DNA of 39,542 bases, taken from IMG/VR virus record IMGVR_UViG_3300048915_000060. One strand, 5' to 3'. The notes below the pieces were generated by a model. That model had not been told where the DNA came from, made no database searches, and saw only the letters and a list, made by a program, of their open reading frames with translations. Each line of letters starts with the position of its first letter. The first letter of the stretch is position 1. Both the position numbers and the translations under genes were made by a program. The DNA comes from a virus. Below, one piece after another: positions 29,929 to 38,088 of this stretch.

Positions 29929-31295
29929 AACTTCGCCCCTATCAGGAAATCATTCGCGATTTCCTTCTTGAAAAGGAGAGATGCAATGCCTTTGTCCCAA
30001 TGGGCCTCGGCAAAACTATATCGACTCTTAAGGCACTTGAGGCGCAAGCGCTTGTCGATGACTCACCGACGCTTGTACTGGCCCCGCTGCGCGTTGCTCA
30101 AAGCACGTGGCCTGATGAAGTCAAGAAATGGGGGCTTGATCTACCAGTTACGCCCGTCGTTGGTACTGCGGAACAGCGGGCGCAGGCGTTACGCGAGGAT
30201 TCTGCTATCTTCACGATCAACTATGAGAACGTACCGTGGCTCGTAGACTGGTTCAAATACAATCCCCGCCCGTGGCCGTTCAAAACGATAGTCGCGGATG
30301 AGGTAACGAAACTCAAAGGCTTTCGCACGCGCCAGGGTACGAAGCGCGCCAAGGCGCTCGCGGAAGTCGCACACAAGAAGGTGGACAGATGGATAGGCCT
30401 TACTGGCACACCGGCCCCGAATGGGCTGAAAGATTTATGGGGCCCGATGTGGTTCGTGGATGGGGGTCAGAGACTTGGCAAGTCGTTTGCGGCCTTTTCG
30501 CAACGGTGGTTCAGGACGAGTTACGACGGGTACGGGCTGGAGCCCGTGGAATGTGCACAGTCCCAGATCCAGACGCTCATATCCGACGTGTGCTTATCGC
30601 TGGATGCGAAGGACTACTTCAATCTCTCAGAACCGATCCGCAACAAGATCATAGTGGATCTGCCTTACAAGGCGCGGCAGCAGTACCGGGACATGGAGAA
30701 AAAGATGTTCCTGGAACTGGAGGGGCATCTGGGGCCAACGGAAATCGAAGCGCTGAACGCGGCCAGTAAGACGCAGAAGTGCCTGCAACTGGCAGCCGGC
30801 GCGATCTATACCGATGACCAGCGCAACTGGCAGGAGGTTCACGATGCGAAGATCAGCGCGCTTGATGACATTATCGAAGAAGCGAACGGCGCACCTGTTC
30901 TGGTGGCTTATCACTTCCGTCATGATCTTGCTCGTCTCCTTGCTGCTTTTCCTCGCGGTCGGGTTCTGGACTCTGATCCCGAAACCATACGCGCGTGGAA
31001 TGCTGGAAAGATACCTGTTCTATTCGCTCATCCTGCTAGTGCCGGCCACGGTCTTAATCTACAGGATGGCGGAAATATACTCGTTTTCTTTACCGTGAAC
31101 TGGAATCTCGAAGAACACGCGCAGATCATCGAACGCATAGGACCGACCAGGCAGGCACAGGCGGGGCATGATAGACCGGTATTTATTCATTACATTCTGG
31201 CAAACGATACGGTGGACTTTGACGTACTTGAACGTCTTGAGAGCAAGAAGACGGTTCAGGAAATCTTGATGCAGGCTATGAAAAGGAGAAAGTAA
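29925..31295 (+). CDS. SNF2-family DNA helicase/translocase
   Basis: 456 aa from the ATG at 29925. Motif I PMGLGKT, motif II ADEVTKLK, and a C-terminal helicase domain (VLFAHPASAGHGLNLQ). Confidence 0.8.
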   Translation: MKLRPYQEIIRDFLLEKERCNAFVPMGLGKTISTLKALEAQALVDDSPTLVLAPLRVAQSTWPDEVKKWGLDLPVTPVVGTAEQRAQALREDSAIFTINYENVPWLVDWFKYNPRPWPFKTIVADEVTKLKGFRTRQGTKRAKALAEVAHKKVDRWIGLTGTPAPNGLKDLWGPMWFVDGGQRLGKSFAAFSQRWFRTSYDGYGLEPVECAQSQIQTLISDVCLSLDAKDYFNLSEPIRNKIIVDLPYKARQQYRDMEKKMFLELEGHLGPTEIEALNAASKTQKCLQLAAGAIYTDDQRNWQEVHDAKISALDDIIEEANGAPVLVAYHFRHDLARLLAAFPRGRVLDSDPETIRAWNAGKIPVLFAHPASAGHGLNLQDGGNILVFFTVNWNLEEHAQIIERIGPTRQAQAGHDRPVFIHYILANDTVDFDVLERLESKKTVQEILMQAMKRRK

Positions 31296-31561
31296 TGTAC
31301 GTGCACTGGACTGCGCAAGACGTAGCAGAACTGTACATGCGGATTCACGATCTGGAAAAGCACCTCCATTACCCAAACACGGTCAGGTCGGAAACGGAGA
31401 AGAAAGCCACAGAACACCTGTACGCGCCTCTGCGCAGCGATACGCGAGCCGTGCTCGACCTGGCAGCGTTCGCGCGCCGCCTGGTCGATATGCAGGACCT
31501 CGGCCACGCGGTTACGGAAGAGGTCCGACAACTGGCAATGAGAGCCCTGCAACTGAAATGA
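31295..31561 (+). CDS. Hypothetical protein (88 aa)
   Basis: TAATG coupling to the SNF2 gene. Helical. Confidence 0.5.
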   Translation: MYVHWTAQDVAELYMRIHDLEKHLHYPNTVRSETEKKATEHLYAPLRSDTRAVLDLAAFARRLVDMQDLGHAVTEEVRQLAMRALQLK

Positions 31562-32367
31562 AACTCTACAGCACAACTGATATTGCGGCGTCCGTCAAGA
31601 AGGCGTACGAGCAATTTACGCATGTCATCCTCAATCGTGGGTACACGATCCTTAAGCCCGTCTACTTCAAGACGGCCACGCTGGACGGGCTCCCCGTGCT
31701 GCAATACGCGTCATGGATACCGGCGAGCGAGACGCAACTGACGCGATGGAAGAACCTGGGCGGTATCCTGATTGAACAGGACACGCACCCGAAGGACGGT
31801 TACCAGACGGACGTTACGGTAATGGTTGAGGCGCCCTACGACATGGACCGTCTGAAGGCCTGCAACTGGCGCAATAACGAGTATGGCGTGGTCCCGAACC
31901 CCATGTCGTGGTCCACGCATGAGGAGTGCATCGACCTGCGTTTTCCGACTGCGGACCTGTTGCGCGAGATATGGACCATTACTAACGGCCAGCCGTTTAC
32001 GAACAGTGAACTGGCTACGGAAACGGGTATCCCCATCAGCCAGTTGCAGTACATCAAAAACGCCCTGCATCCGGTCGAACACTGGTACGTACAGAAGCGC
32101 CTTGCGCCGGAGCGCGAGGAGATGCTACCGGCATTTGACTGGCTGGAATCGGGCATGTTGACGAAGAACGCGATCATCGAGTCAGGCCACAAATCGATGA
32201 TCGAGGAACTAGGCAAGTTCGGGTATATCGACCTGAAACGCCGGATGCATTATCCGGCGCAGGAACCCGACTGGCAGGTTGTAGAGCGCAAACGACAGCG
32301 CGCGCTTAGCGATCTGGCAGCTGTTCGATCACTTGTGGAATCACTTCCCGACCATCTGTCATTGTGA
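31558..32367 (+). CDS. Hypothetical protein (269 aa)
   Basis: ATGA coupling. No motif recognised. Its 3' end overlaps the convergent gene 32306..32839 by 62 nt. Confidence 0.55.
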   Translation: MKLYSTTDIAASVKKAYEQFTHVILNRGYTILKPVYFKTATLDGLPVLQYASWIPASETQLTRWKNLGGILIEQDTHPKDGYQTDVTVMVEAPYDMDRLKACNWRNNEYGVVPNPMSWSTHEECIDLRFPTADLLREIWTITNGQPFTNSELATETGIPISQLQYIKNALHPVEHWYVQKRLAPEREEMLPAFDWLESGMLTKNAIIESGHKSMIEELGKFGYIDLKRRMHYPAQEPDWQVVERKRQRALSDLAAVRSLVESLPDHLSL

Positions 32368-32839
32368 TGACGGTTTGTCGTATCTCTTTAATTCTTGGAG
32401 CGTTAGCATGATAAAGAGCATTCAATTCAGCGAGGGCGTTCTCAGTCTCACTATTTCCCTGCCGCGTCGTCCCTCCGCCAGTGAGAGCGAGCGCAGCATC
32501 CAGTTTGACTTTGGCGAGGGCGGCGCTATCCCCGAACTGCATCGTTGCGAGCTTATGGACTTCATTGATCCCGTCTACCCGGAAGGCGCGCACCAGATCC
32601 GCGACCTGGTTTTCAAACTGCTCAGCACTCATGCGCGAGTAAGCCGGATCAATCTTCACTGTTTCTATGGCGCCCGCGAAGGACTGGAGGGCGGCACTGC
32701 GACGGATGAACAGATCAAGCTCGCGCGGGGTACAGTCTAGCGCGCACGCAGCCAGAAAGATGTCGCCCTTGGCTTCTGTCAGGGCGGTCTTGATCGACTG
32801 TTCGGAAATCAGGCCGCTCTTTCGCGCACGGGAAGTCAT
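32306..32839 (-). CDS. Hypothetical protein with N-terminal HTH-like segment (weak small-terminase candidate)
   Basis: 177 aa (ATGA coupling). AKGDIFLAACALDCTPRELDLFIRRS looks HTH-like, followed by a helical middle region. It is the last gene on the late strand. Confidence 0.5.
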   Translation of the reverse strand: MTSRARKSGLISEQSIKTALTEAKGDIFLAACALDCTPRELDLFIRRSAALQSFAGAIETVKIDPAYSRMSAEQFENQVADLVRAFRVDGINEVHKLATMQFGDSAALAKVKLDAALALTGGGTTRQGNSETENALAELNALYHANAPRIKEIRQTVITMTDGREVIPQVIEQLPDR

Positions 32840-32991
32840 TTCTTCGCCTTTTTCTTTTCAGGAAGACCCTTCAGCGACTTGCCGGCCTGCTCTTTGACGA
32901 ACTTCTTGCCGACTTCCTTTGCCACGCCCTTGACGGCACCCTTGGCCGCAGCGTGCATGAAGCGGTTCTGTGCTTTCGATTTCATAGGCAT
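32836..32991 (-). CDS. Small basic protein, DUF3008-like
   Basis: 51 aa, hand-translated MPMKSKAQNRFMHAAAKGAVKGVAKEVGKKFVKEQAGKSLKGLPEKKKAKK. AGGAG, 7 nt, ATG. The KSKAQxRFM N-terminus recalls the DUF3008 family. Confidence 0.5.
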   Translation of the reverse strand: MPMKSKAQNRFMHAAAKGAVKGVAKEVGKKFVKEQAGKSLKGLPEKKKAKK

Positions 32992-33001
32992 ATCATGACT
33001 C

Positions 33002-34345
33002 CTAGTAAGAAAGACCCAATCCGTATCCCAAACGCTGAAGGTCTGGTAACTGCTTCTTTAGCCGGCCAGCTCCTATGTCTGTCCTGTAAAAAGGAGAGTT
33101 CGGTATCTTTACCTTCTTTAGGGCACTGTACGCACTGCGGCGCGCGCCAGTTATCGTTTCGCCCGTTCCCGTCGCAATCAGAACATAGTCCCCTGCCGTC
33201 ACCGGACCCGGAAGATTAACCACCTTCCCGCCCACTTCGCGCGGCGCGTCACCTATCATGACTTCGGAGAAATGAAGGTGTTCCATGTCTTCCGCATTGT
33301 AAATCGGTATGCCGCAAAGTTCCTTGTTCGTTATCTTCGAATAGGGAAAGTCGGGCAGGGCCATGAGAACCGAGATGCAGACTACATCGGTCTTCACCTT
33401 CAGCGTGTCGCGACCGTTCACCAGATCGAGCATCCATTGGGCCTGATCGCCTTCAATGAGCGCCGTGAGGTTATGGCGTATGGGCCAGCCGTCGCGCATG
33501 GTCCACTCAAGCGGATAGGGGGTTCCATCGTGCGTTATCATGCAATTCACATCGACGTAGCCGACGTACCCCACGCGATGGAGATGTTCTGTAGCCGGCT
33601 TCAGCACCTGGTCAGCGAGTTTCGACTTTTTGACGACGCGCACCGTAGTGCCCATCTCGCCCGTATTCACGCCGAGATCGCCGTTCATCAGTTTCTTGTT
33701 CTCCCAATTCTCAACCCATCCTGCTTTGGACCATCCAGCCGGCCCGAACCACCCACCCACGGCCATCTCCATCCCGTCAATCTTCTCCTGGAGGATAAAT
33801 CCGTCTTCTTTGGCCGACTTGACGTATTTCGGGATCTTCTTCCATCGCTCAAGCATGTAGACCAGATCCGCCGCCGAGTTCGCAACGTAGGACATTGCCC
33901 GCTCGCCGTCACCGGACGGCTTGGAGACAAACGCTTTACCCTGCTTTTTTACGTAAGCGATAGCTGAATCGTAGTCATGAAACGACTTGCCCGGAATGCA
34001 CGGCATGCCGCACTCTTCCATGATCTTCTGCCCGTGCTCGCGGTCAAGCTCCCACTCTACGGCGTCGAGATTGCATCCGAAGATCGGGTAGCCGATCCGG
34101 CGATACGGCTCCAGTAGATCGAGATAGGAAACGTTGTCAGGCGTATAGATGAGATCCGCCCAACCGATCCACTTTTTGCGGAGGTCGTTGAAGTCGCGAA
34201 TCTTGTGCACGAAGCCTTCCCCCGCGTGGCGGTCTGTACCGTCAGGCCGGGGTTTGTCGTACCACTTCACGTCGTGCCCCTGCATCTGCCAGCGCATGCA
34301 GAGATCGAGCGCATTGGAACCGACATCAATCACTAGTATTTTCAT
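33002..34345 (-). CDS. ATP-grasp enzyme, PurD (phosphoribosylamine-glycine ligase)-like
   Basis: 447 aa. The N-terminus MKILVIDVGSNALDL and the central AFVSKPSGDGERAMSYV...GFILQEKIDGMEMAVGGWF have PurD/ATP-grasp-like organisation. There is no SD upstream; the ATG lies 10 nt after the reverse reading (TATAGC) of the P3 -10. Confidence 0.6.
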   Translation of the reverse strand: MKILVIDVGSNALDLCMRWQMQGHDVKWYDKPRPDGTDRHAGEGFVHKIRDFNDLRKKWIGWADLIYTPDNVSYLDLLEPYRRIGYPIFGCNLDAVEWELDREHGQKIMEECGMPCIPGKSFHDYDSAIAYVKKQGKAFVSKPSGDGERAMSYVANSAADLVYMLERWKKIPKYVKSAKEDGFILQEKIDGMEMAVGGWFGPAGWSKAGWVENWENKKLMNGDLGVNTGEMGTTVRVVKKSKLADQVLKPATEHLHRVGYVGYVDVNCMITHDGTPYPLEWTMRDGWPIRHNLTALIEGDQAQWMLDLVNGRDTLKVKTDVVCISVLMALPDFPYSKITNKELCGIPIYNAEDMEHLHFSEVMIGDAPREVGGKVVNLPGPVTAGDYVLIATGTGETITGARRSAYSALKKVKIPNSPFYRTDIGAGRLKKQLPDLQRLGYGLGLSY

Positions 34346-34363
34346 TTTGCATTTGCTATAGTG
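34344..34363 (+). promoter_or_regulatory. Phage promoter cassette P3 (extended -10)
   Basis: TTTTGCATTTGCTATAGTGG. The motif start is 43 nt from the ATG at 34387. It overlaps the start codon of the divergent ATP-grasp gene by 2 nt. Confidence 0.6.
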
Positions 34364-34386
34364 GTCGTAACAACCTGGGAGATCAC

Positions 34387-34614
34387 CATGAAAGGACTAC
34401 TCGCCGCAATTCTACTCGTTCAGACTATCACGCTAGGCGTCATGCTTACGAGGCACGAAGCTTCGCATCCCGCATGGCAAGACGCGCCTATCGTGCATGG
34501 CCCGTGGGAAAACTACCGCAAATGAACCTTAACCCCTGGCTGGATATCATTGCGGCGGTGATGCTAATTGTGTGCTGGTGGGTTGCGGGCTCGTCCGACC
34601 ACCGCGATCAATAG
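34387..34614 (+). CDS. Two-TM membrane protein (75 aa) embedded antisense in the late block; not in the supplied ORF track
   Basis: Hand-translated MKGLLAAILLVQTITLGVMLTRHEASHPAWQDAPIVHGPVGKLPQMNLNPWLDIIAAVMLIVCWWVAGSSDHRDQ. GGGAGATCACC-ATG behind P3. Its 3' end overlaps the convergent 656-aa gene by 68 nt. Confidence 0.5.
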   Translation, partial: HERTTRRNSTRSDYHARRHAYEARSFASRMARRAYRAWPVGKLPQMNLNPWLDIIAAVMLIVCWWVAGSSDHRDQ

Positions 34615-36517
34615 GCTGTCCGTACTGCGCGCGCAGCGCGCCGACTGCCGCCGACTGCGCTTTGCCGTTCGCCGCGCTGTAGGCTTTGCGCAGCAGATCG
34701 CGGCCCTGTTGCGTCAGCAACGCCTTGGACGCAACGTAAGGCGTCACAACGGCGCCGACTGCCGCCATAGGGTGCGAGATCGCGAGCGCGGGGAGACTGG
34801 CAAGGTGCGCGACGCCCGTAGTCTTGGACGTGTTGACGCCCGTCTTATCGCCCGCGCGCGCCATCGTGTCGGTAACGTCCTTGATGTCCTTTATCTCTTT
34901 GTTCGTGAAGCCCATTTCAGCAAGCTTAGGTTGTACCTTGTCGATTTCCTTGCGGAACTTTGCGAACGAGATTGGTGGCGCGCCGGGTACGTCATTCTTT
35001 GCCGCCTCCAGGCCATTCCGCAAAACGAAAGACTTCACGTCCTGAAGCGTTTGAGGGTCGTGCTGCTGAAGAATCGAAGTCACCGATTTGGCCTCGCTCG
35101 GATTCATGTTCAGATACCGCTTTGCGATCAGTTCCGGCGCCTTGGTGGACGCCGTAGCGCCCGTGAAGGCCGCGTCAGTCACGTCTTCACCTAGCAGCTT
35201 TCCGAGCGCGGATTTCTTGATGAAATCGATCGATTGCGAAGCTTTCGCGTAATTCTGGTTCGCTTTTGCCAAAGCCTGCGCGATAGGCGTTCCGCCTTTC
35301 GAGGCGTCATTAAAATCCTGATTGATGGCGCCAAACAGGCGCTTTGCGTAGACCTGATTCGCGTTCTGGTCAATGTCGGAGAACACGTTGCCGGTGCGAC
35401 GTGAGGCTTTCCCCCATGCGCTGCGCGTCTTCATCGCGTCCTCAACCGTGGCCGTGCCTTGCTTCGCCAGCAAATCCTTTGCCTGTTGCGCCTGCTTCAC
35501 GATCTTCGGCGCGTCGCCGGTCGGGACGTTTTTGTTCTCCGCGATTATCTTGTCCAGCGTGTCCAACGTGTTTTTGTAGCCGATAACCGGCTTGCCCGCT
35601 GCCAGCGAACGGACCGCGCCGTAGTCGGTTGCGGCCTGCGAACTGCGTAACTTGTCGATGTTCTCGACGGTGTTTTTGTAGGATGAGCGTAACTGGTTGC
35701 CGATTGCTTCCGGGTCCGCAGTCGCGCGGCCCATCGCGCTTGCGAGATCATCGACGCGCTTCGCGCCCGCCGTGACCTGTGCCAATTCGTCCGCGTGCGC
35801 GGTGCCGGCGGACGGGAATAGATCGCGCAACGTATTCTCTGTGAAGGTAAGCGCCTTACTGCCTGTCTCCTGCCCTAACGTAAGCGGAATACCGGATGCC
35901 TGCGACGCACGCGCGGCTTCGCTAGGCGGTTTCGGGATGCCTCGCCCGGCGCCGGCCATCCCACCCGCCGCGCCGCCGATCAGTGAACCCGCGATCTGCC
36001 CCGGCGTTCCGCCGATCTGGCGCCCGGCTTCGCCGCCGAGTCCGCCGCCCACGGCTGCGCCTACGCGCGACAAGGCGGACGCCCCGCCGCCGGGAATGGC
36101 AGCAGAAGGAAGCGCCTGTAAAGCGGCTGCGCCGTACTTCTGCGCCGTTGTGCGCGGTTCAGCGGATTGCGTAATGACGCCGTGCTGCCGCAACAGGTCT
36201 TCGATATGCTCCTGACTACCGGCCATAGCGGAGTCCGAACGCTTAGGTGCGGGTGCCTTGATGAGCGCGCGGAACTTCTCTTCCCCCGGCGTCTCTGTAG
36301 CCGCAAGCAACTGGCTGCCGACTGCCGCCGGGATGCCCGCGACTTGCGCCGCACCCTTCGCCAGGTTACCGCCGACAAACTCCGCCATGCTTTGCGGAGG
36401 CTGCGCCGGCGGAGTGGGCGGGGGTGCGCCTGCACCGACAACCGGCGCGTCTTCCCAGGCCGCTTTTCCTTTGCTGCTGCCTGCTGTAATCAAAGGTGCG
36501 TCTTGCCAGCCGGCCAT
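34547..36517 (-). CDS. Large virion-type protein, putative internal/ejection protein
   Basis: 656 aa (TAATG coupling). The N-terminus has two W(Q/E)DAP(L/V)(I/V) motifs. Ala/Gly-rich. No enzymatic motif recognised. Confidence 0.5.
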   Translation of the reverse strand: MAGWQDAPLITAGSSKGKAAWEDAPVVGAGAPPPTPPAQPPQSMAEFVGGNLAKGAAQVAGIPAAVGSQLLAATETPGEEKFRALIKAPAPKRSDSAMAGSQEHIEDLLRQHGVITQSAEPRTTAQKYGAAALQALPSAAIPGGGASALSRVGAAVGGGLGGEAGRQIGGTPGQIAGSLIGGAAGGMAGAGRGIPKPPSEAARASQASGIPLTLGQETGSKALTFTENTLRDLFPSAGTAHADELAQVTAGAKRVDDLASAMGRATADPEAIGNQLRSSYKNTVENIDKLRSSQAATDYGAVRSLAAGKPVIGYKNTLDTLDKIIAENKNVPTGDAPKIVKQAQQAKDLLAKQGTATVEDAMKTRSAWGKASRRTGNVFSDIDQNANQVYAKRLFGAINQDFNDASKGGTPIAQALAKANQNYAKASQSIDFIKKSALGKLLGEDVTDAAFTGATASTKAPELIAKRYLNMNPSEAKSVTSILQQHDPQTLQDVKSFVLRNGLEAAKNDVPGAPPISFAKFRKEIDKVQPKLAEMGFTNKEIKDIKDVTDTMARAGDKTGVNTSKTTGVAHLASLPALAISHPMAAVGAVVTPYVASKALLTQQGRDLLRKAYSAANGKAQSAAVGALRAQYGQPIDRGGRTSPQPTSTQLASPPQ

Positions 36518-38079
36518 TATGGTTTTCTCCGATGCGAGCCATCAGGCGCGATGAAGTCCGTACCGGACGGCAGGTTTGCGTAATCTGCGTCCGACGACAC
36601 GCGAACCGGGGCGCCCGTATCGGAAGCCGTGGTTTCCTGCCTGCCGGACACGCGCGCCTTCTGCCGCGCCATGACTTCGGTCGGCGCGCGCGACGCGGCA
36701 GCCATTTCCTTTTCCATGATGTTCAGAACCGCATTCAACTGCTCCGGCGTGTTGGCCGTGGACAGCAGTTCGCGCGCGTGTTCCTTGTCGGACACAGTAG
36801 GCGTGCCGGAGGGACTGATCGCACGCGCGTAGGCGTTCACCGATGTGTTAAGCGCCGTGCCTAGCGCGATCACGCGCGGATCGCCCGTGTTGGTCTGTGC
36901 GGCCTGCAATGCGCGGTTGACCGGAACAAACTGACCGCGAGGCAATGCCGCCGACGCTTCCCGTACAAGCGGGAAAGTCTGCTGCGCTTCAGCCACGGCC
37001 ATGCCGACGTTCGCCGCTTTGGTCGCGCCGGTGCGCGCCGCCGCCTTCTCACCCTGGAAGCCGACGTTCGCCGCCGCGACATCAGCGCCCGTGCCGCCAG
37101 CTTCGCGCGTCTGCTTCATGACCTCGCGTCGCAACGCAATGATGTTCTTCGCGCCTTGCGCGCCGCGTCCGAGGTTCTGGTAGACGGACGTGTCACCTTG
37201 CCGCGCCTGTTCCGCGAGGAACTTAAGGTCGTCCGGTGAAAACTTCGCGTCTTCACCGTTCGATTGTGCGGCTATCTGCTTGCGAAGCGCGATTGACTCG
37301 CCGCGCATCGCGTTTGCTTCGCGCGCGGCGTCCGCCCGCTGCTGGATACCCAGCTGCCGATCCTCGGACGCCTGTTTAGCGGCATCGATGCGAGCCTGCA
37401 ACGAGTCCTTCTGGACCTGCAACTGTTGCAGTTTCAGTTCGTGCGTGAACTGCGCCTGGAGCTGCGCGGCCTGCTGTTTCGATTGCGCGTCCAGTACAGG
37501 CGTGAGTTGTTGTAGACCGACCAGCAGATCAGCGCCCGACAAACCCTGATCCTGAAGTACCTTTACTGCGCCCTGAAGCGACAGCGGGCCGCCCTGCCCT
37601 TGCTGCGGAGCGGTTGCGGCAGCCTGAGCCGGCGGCGCGGGTATCGCGCCTTGCGGCGCCATCGATTGCGGAGGCGTGGTTGGCATCGGGCGGAAAGGCG
37701 GCAACGGCTGCTGCGGTCCTGCACCCTGCGGAACACCGCCGGGAGGCAACGGAGGTTGCGCGCCACCCGGCGCCGGACCCATACCGGGCATCGGCGCGCC
37801 TTGAGGCGGTTGCATAGGCTGCGAAGCCTGACCGGGAGCCGGAGGCTGCGGAGGGGGCGGCATTTGCCCCTGCTGCGGCTGTGCGGCTACCTGACCGCTT
37901 TGCAGAAGTTGCGGCAAGGCATTGCCGGCAGCGGCTTGCGCTGCCTGCTGACGCTGTCTGTCGGCCTGTTGCTGTTGGAACAACGAAAGCTGCATCTGCT
38001 GCTGCTGACGCGCCTGCTCCTGCTCCTGCAACTGCCCCTGGTACTGGATGAAGTAGGGAAGCCCCGCGATTCCTGCCAT
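36517..38079 (-). CDS. Gln/Pro-rich low-complexity protein, putative internal/ejection protein
   Basis: 520 aa with an AAGGAGG RBS. The first ~170 aa are almost pure Q/P/A/G (QQQQMQLSLFQQQQADRQRQQ...PPPPQPPAPGQ), followed by a coiled coil and a helical C-domain. Confidence 0.5.
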   Translation of the reverse strand: MAGIAGLPYFIQYQGQLQEQEQARQQQQMQLSLFQQQQADRQRQQAAQAAAGNALPQLLQSGQVAAQPQQGQMPPPPQPPAPGQASQPMQPPQGAPMPGMGPAPGGAQPPLPPGGVPQGAGPQQPLPPFRPMPTTPPQSMAPQGAIPAPPAQAAATAPQQGQGGPLSLQGAVKVLQDQGLSGADLLVGLQQLTPVLDAQSKQQAAQLQAQFTHELKLQQLQVQKDSLQARIDAAKQASEDRQLGIQQRADAAREANAMRGESIALRKQIAAQSNGEDAKFSPDDLKFLAEQARQGDTSVYQNLGRGAQGAKNIIALRREVMKQTREAGGTGADVAAANVGFQGEKAAARTGATKAANVGMAVAEAQQTFPLVREASAALPRGQFVPVNRALQAAQTNTGDPRVIALGTALNTSVNAYARAISPSGTPTVSDKEHARELLSTANTPEQLNAVLNIMEKEMAAASRAPTEVMARQKARVSGRQETTASDTGAPVRVSSDADYANLPSGTDFIAPDGSHRRKP

Positions 38080-38088
38080 GTTGCCTCC

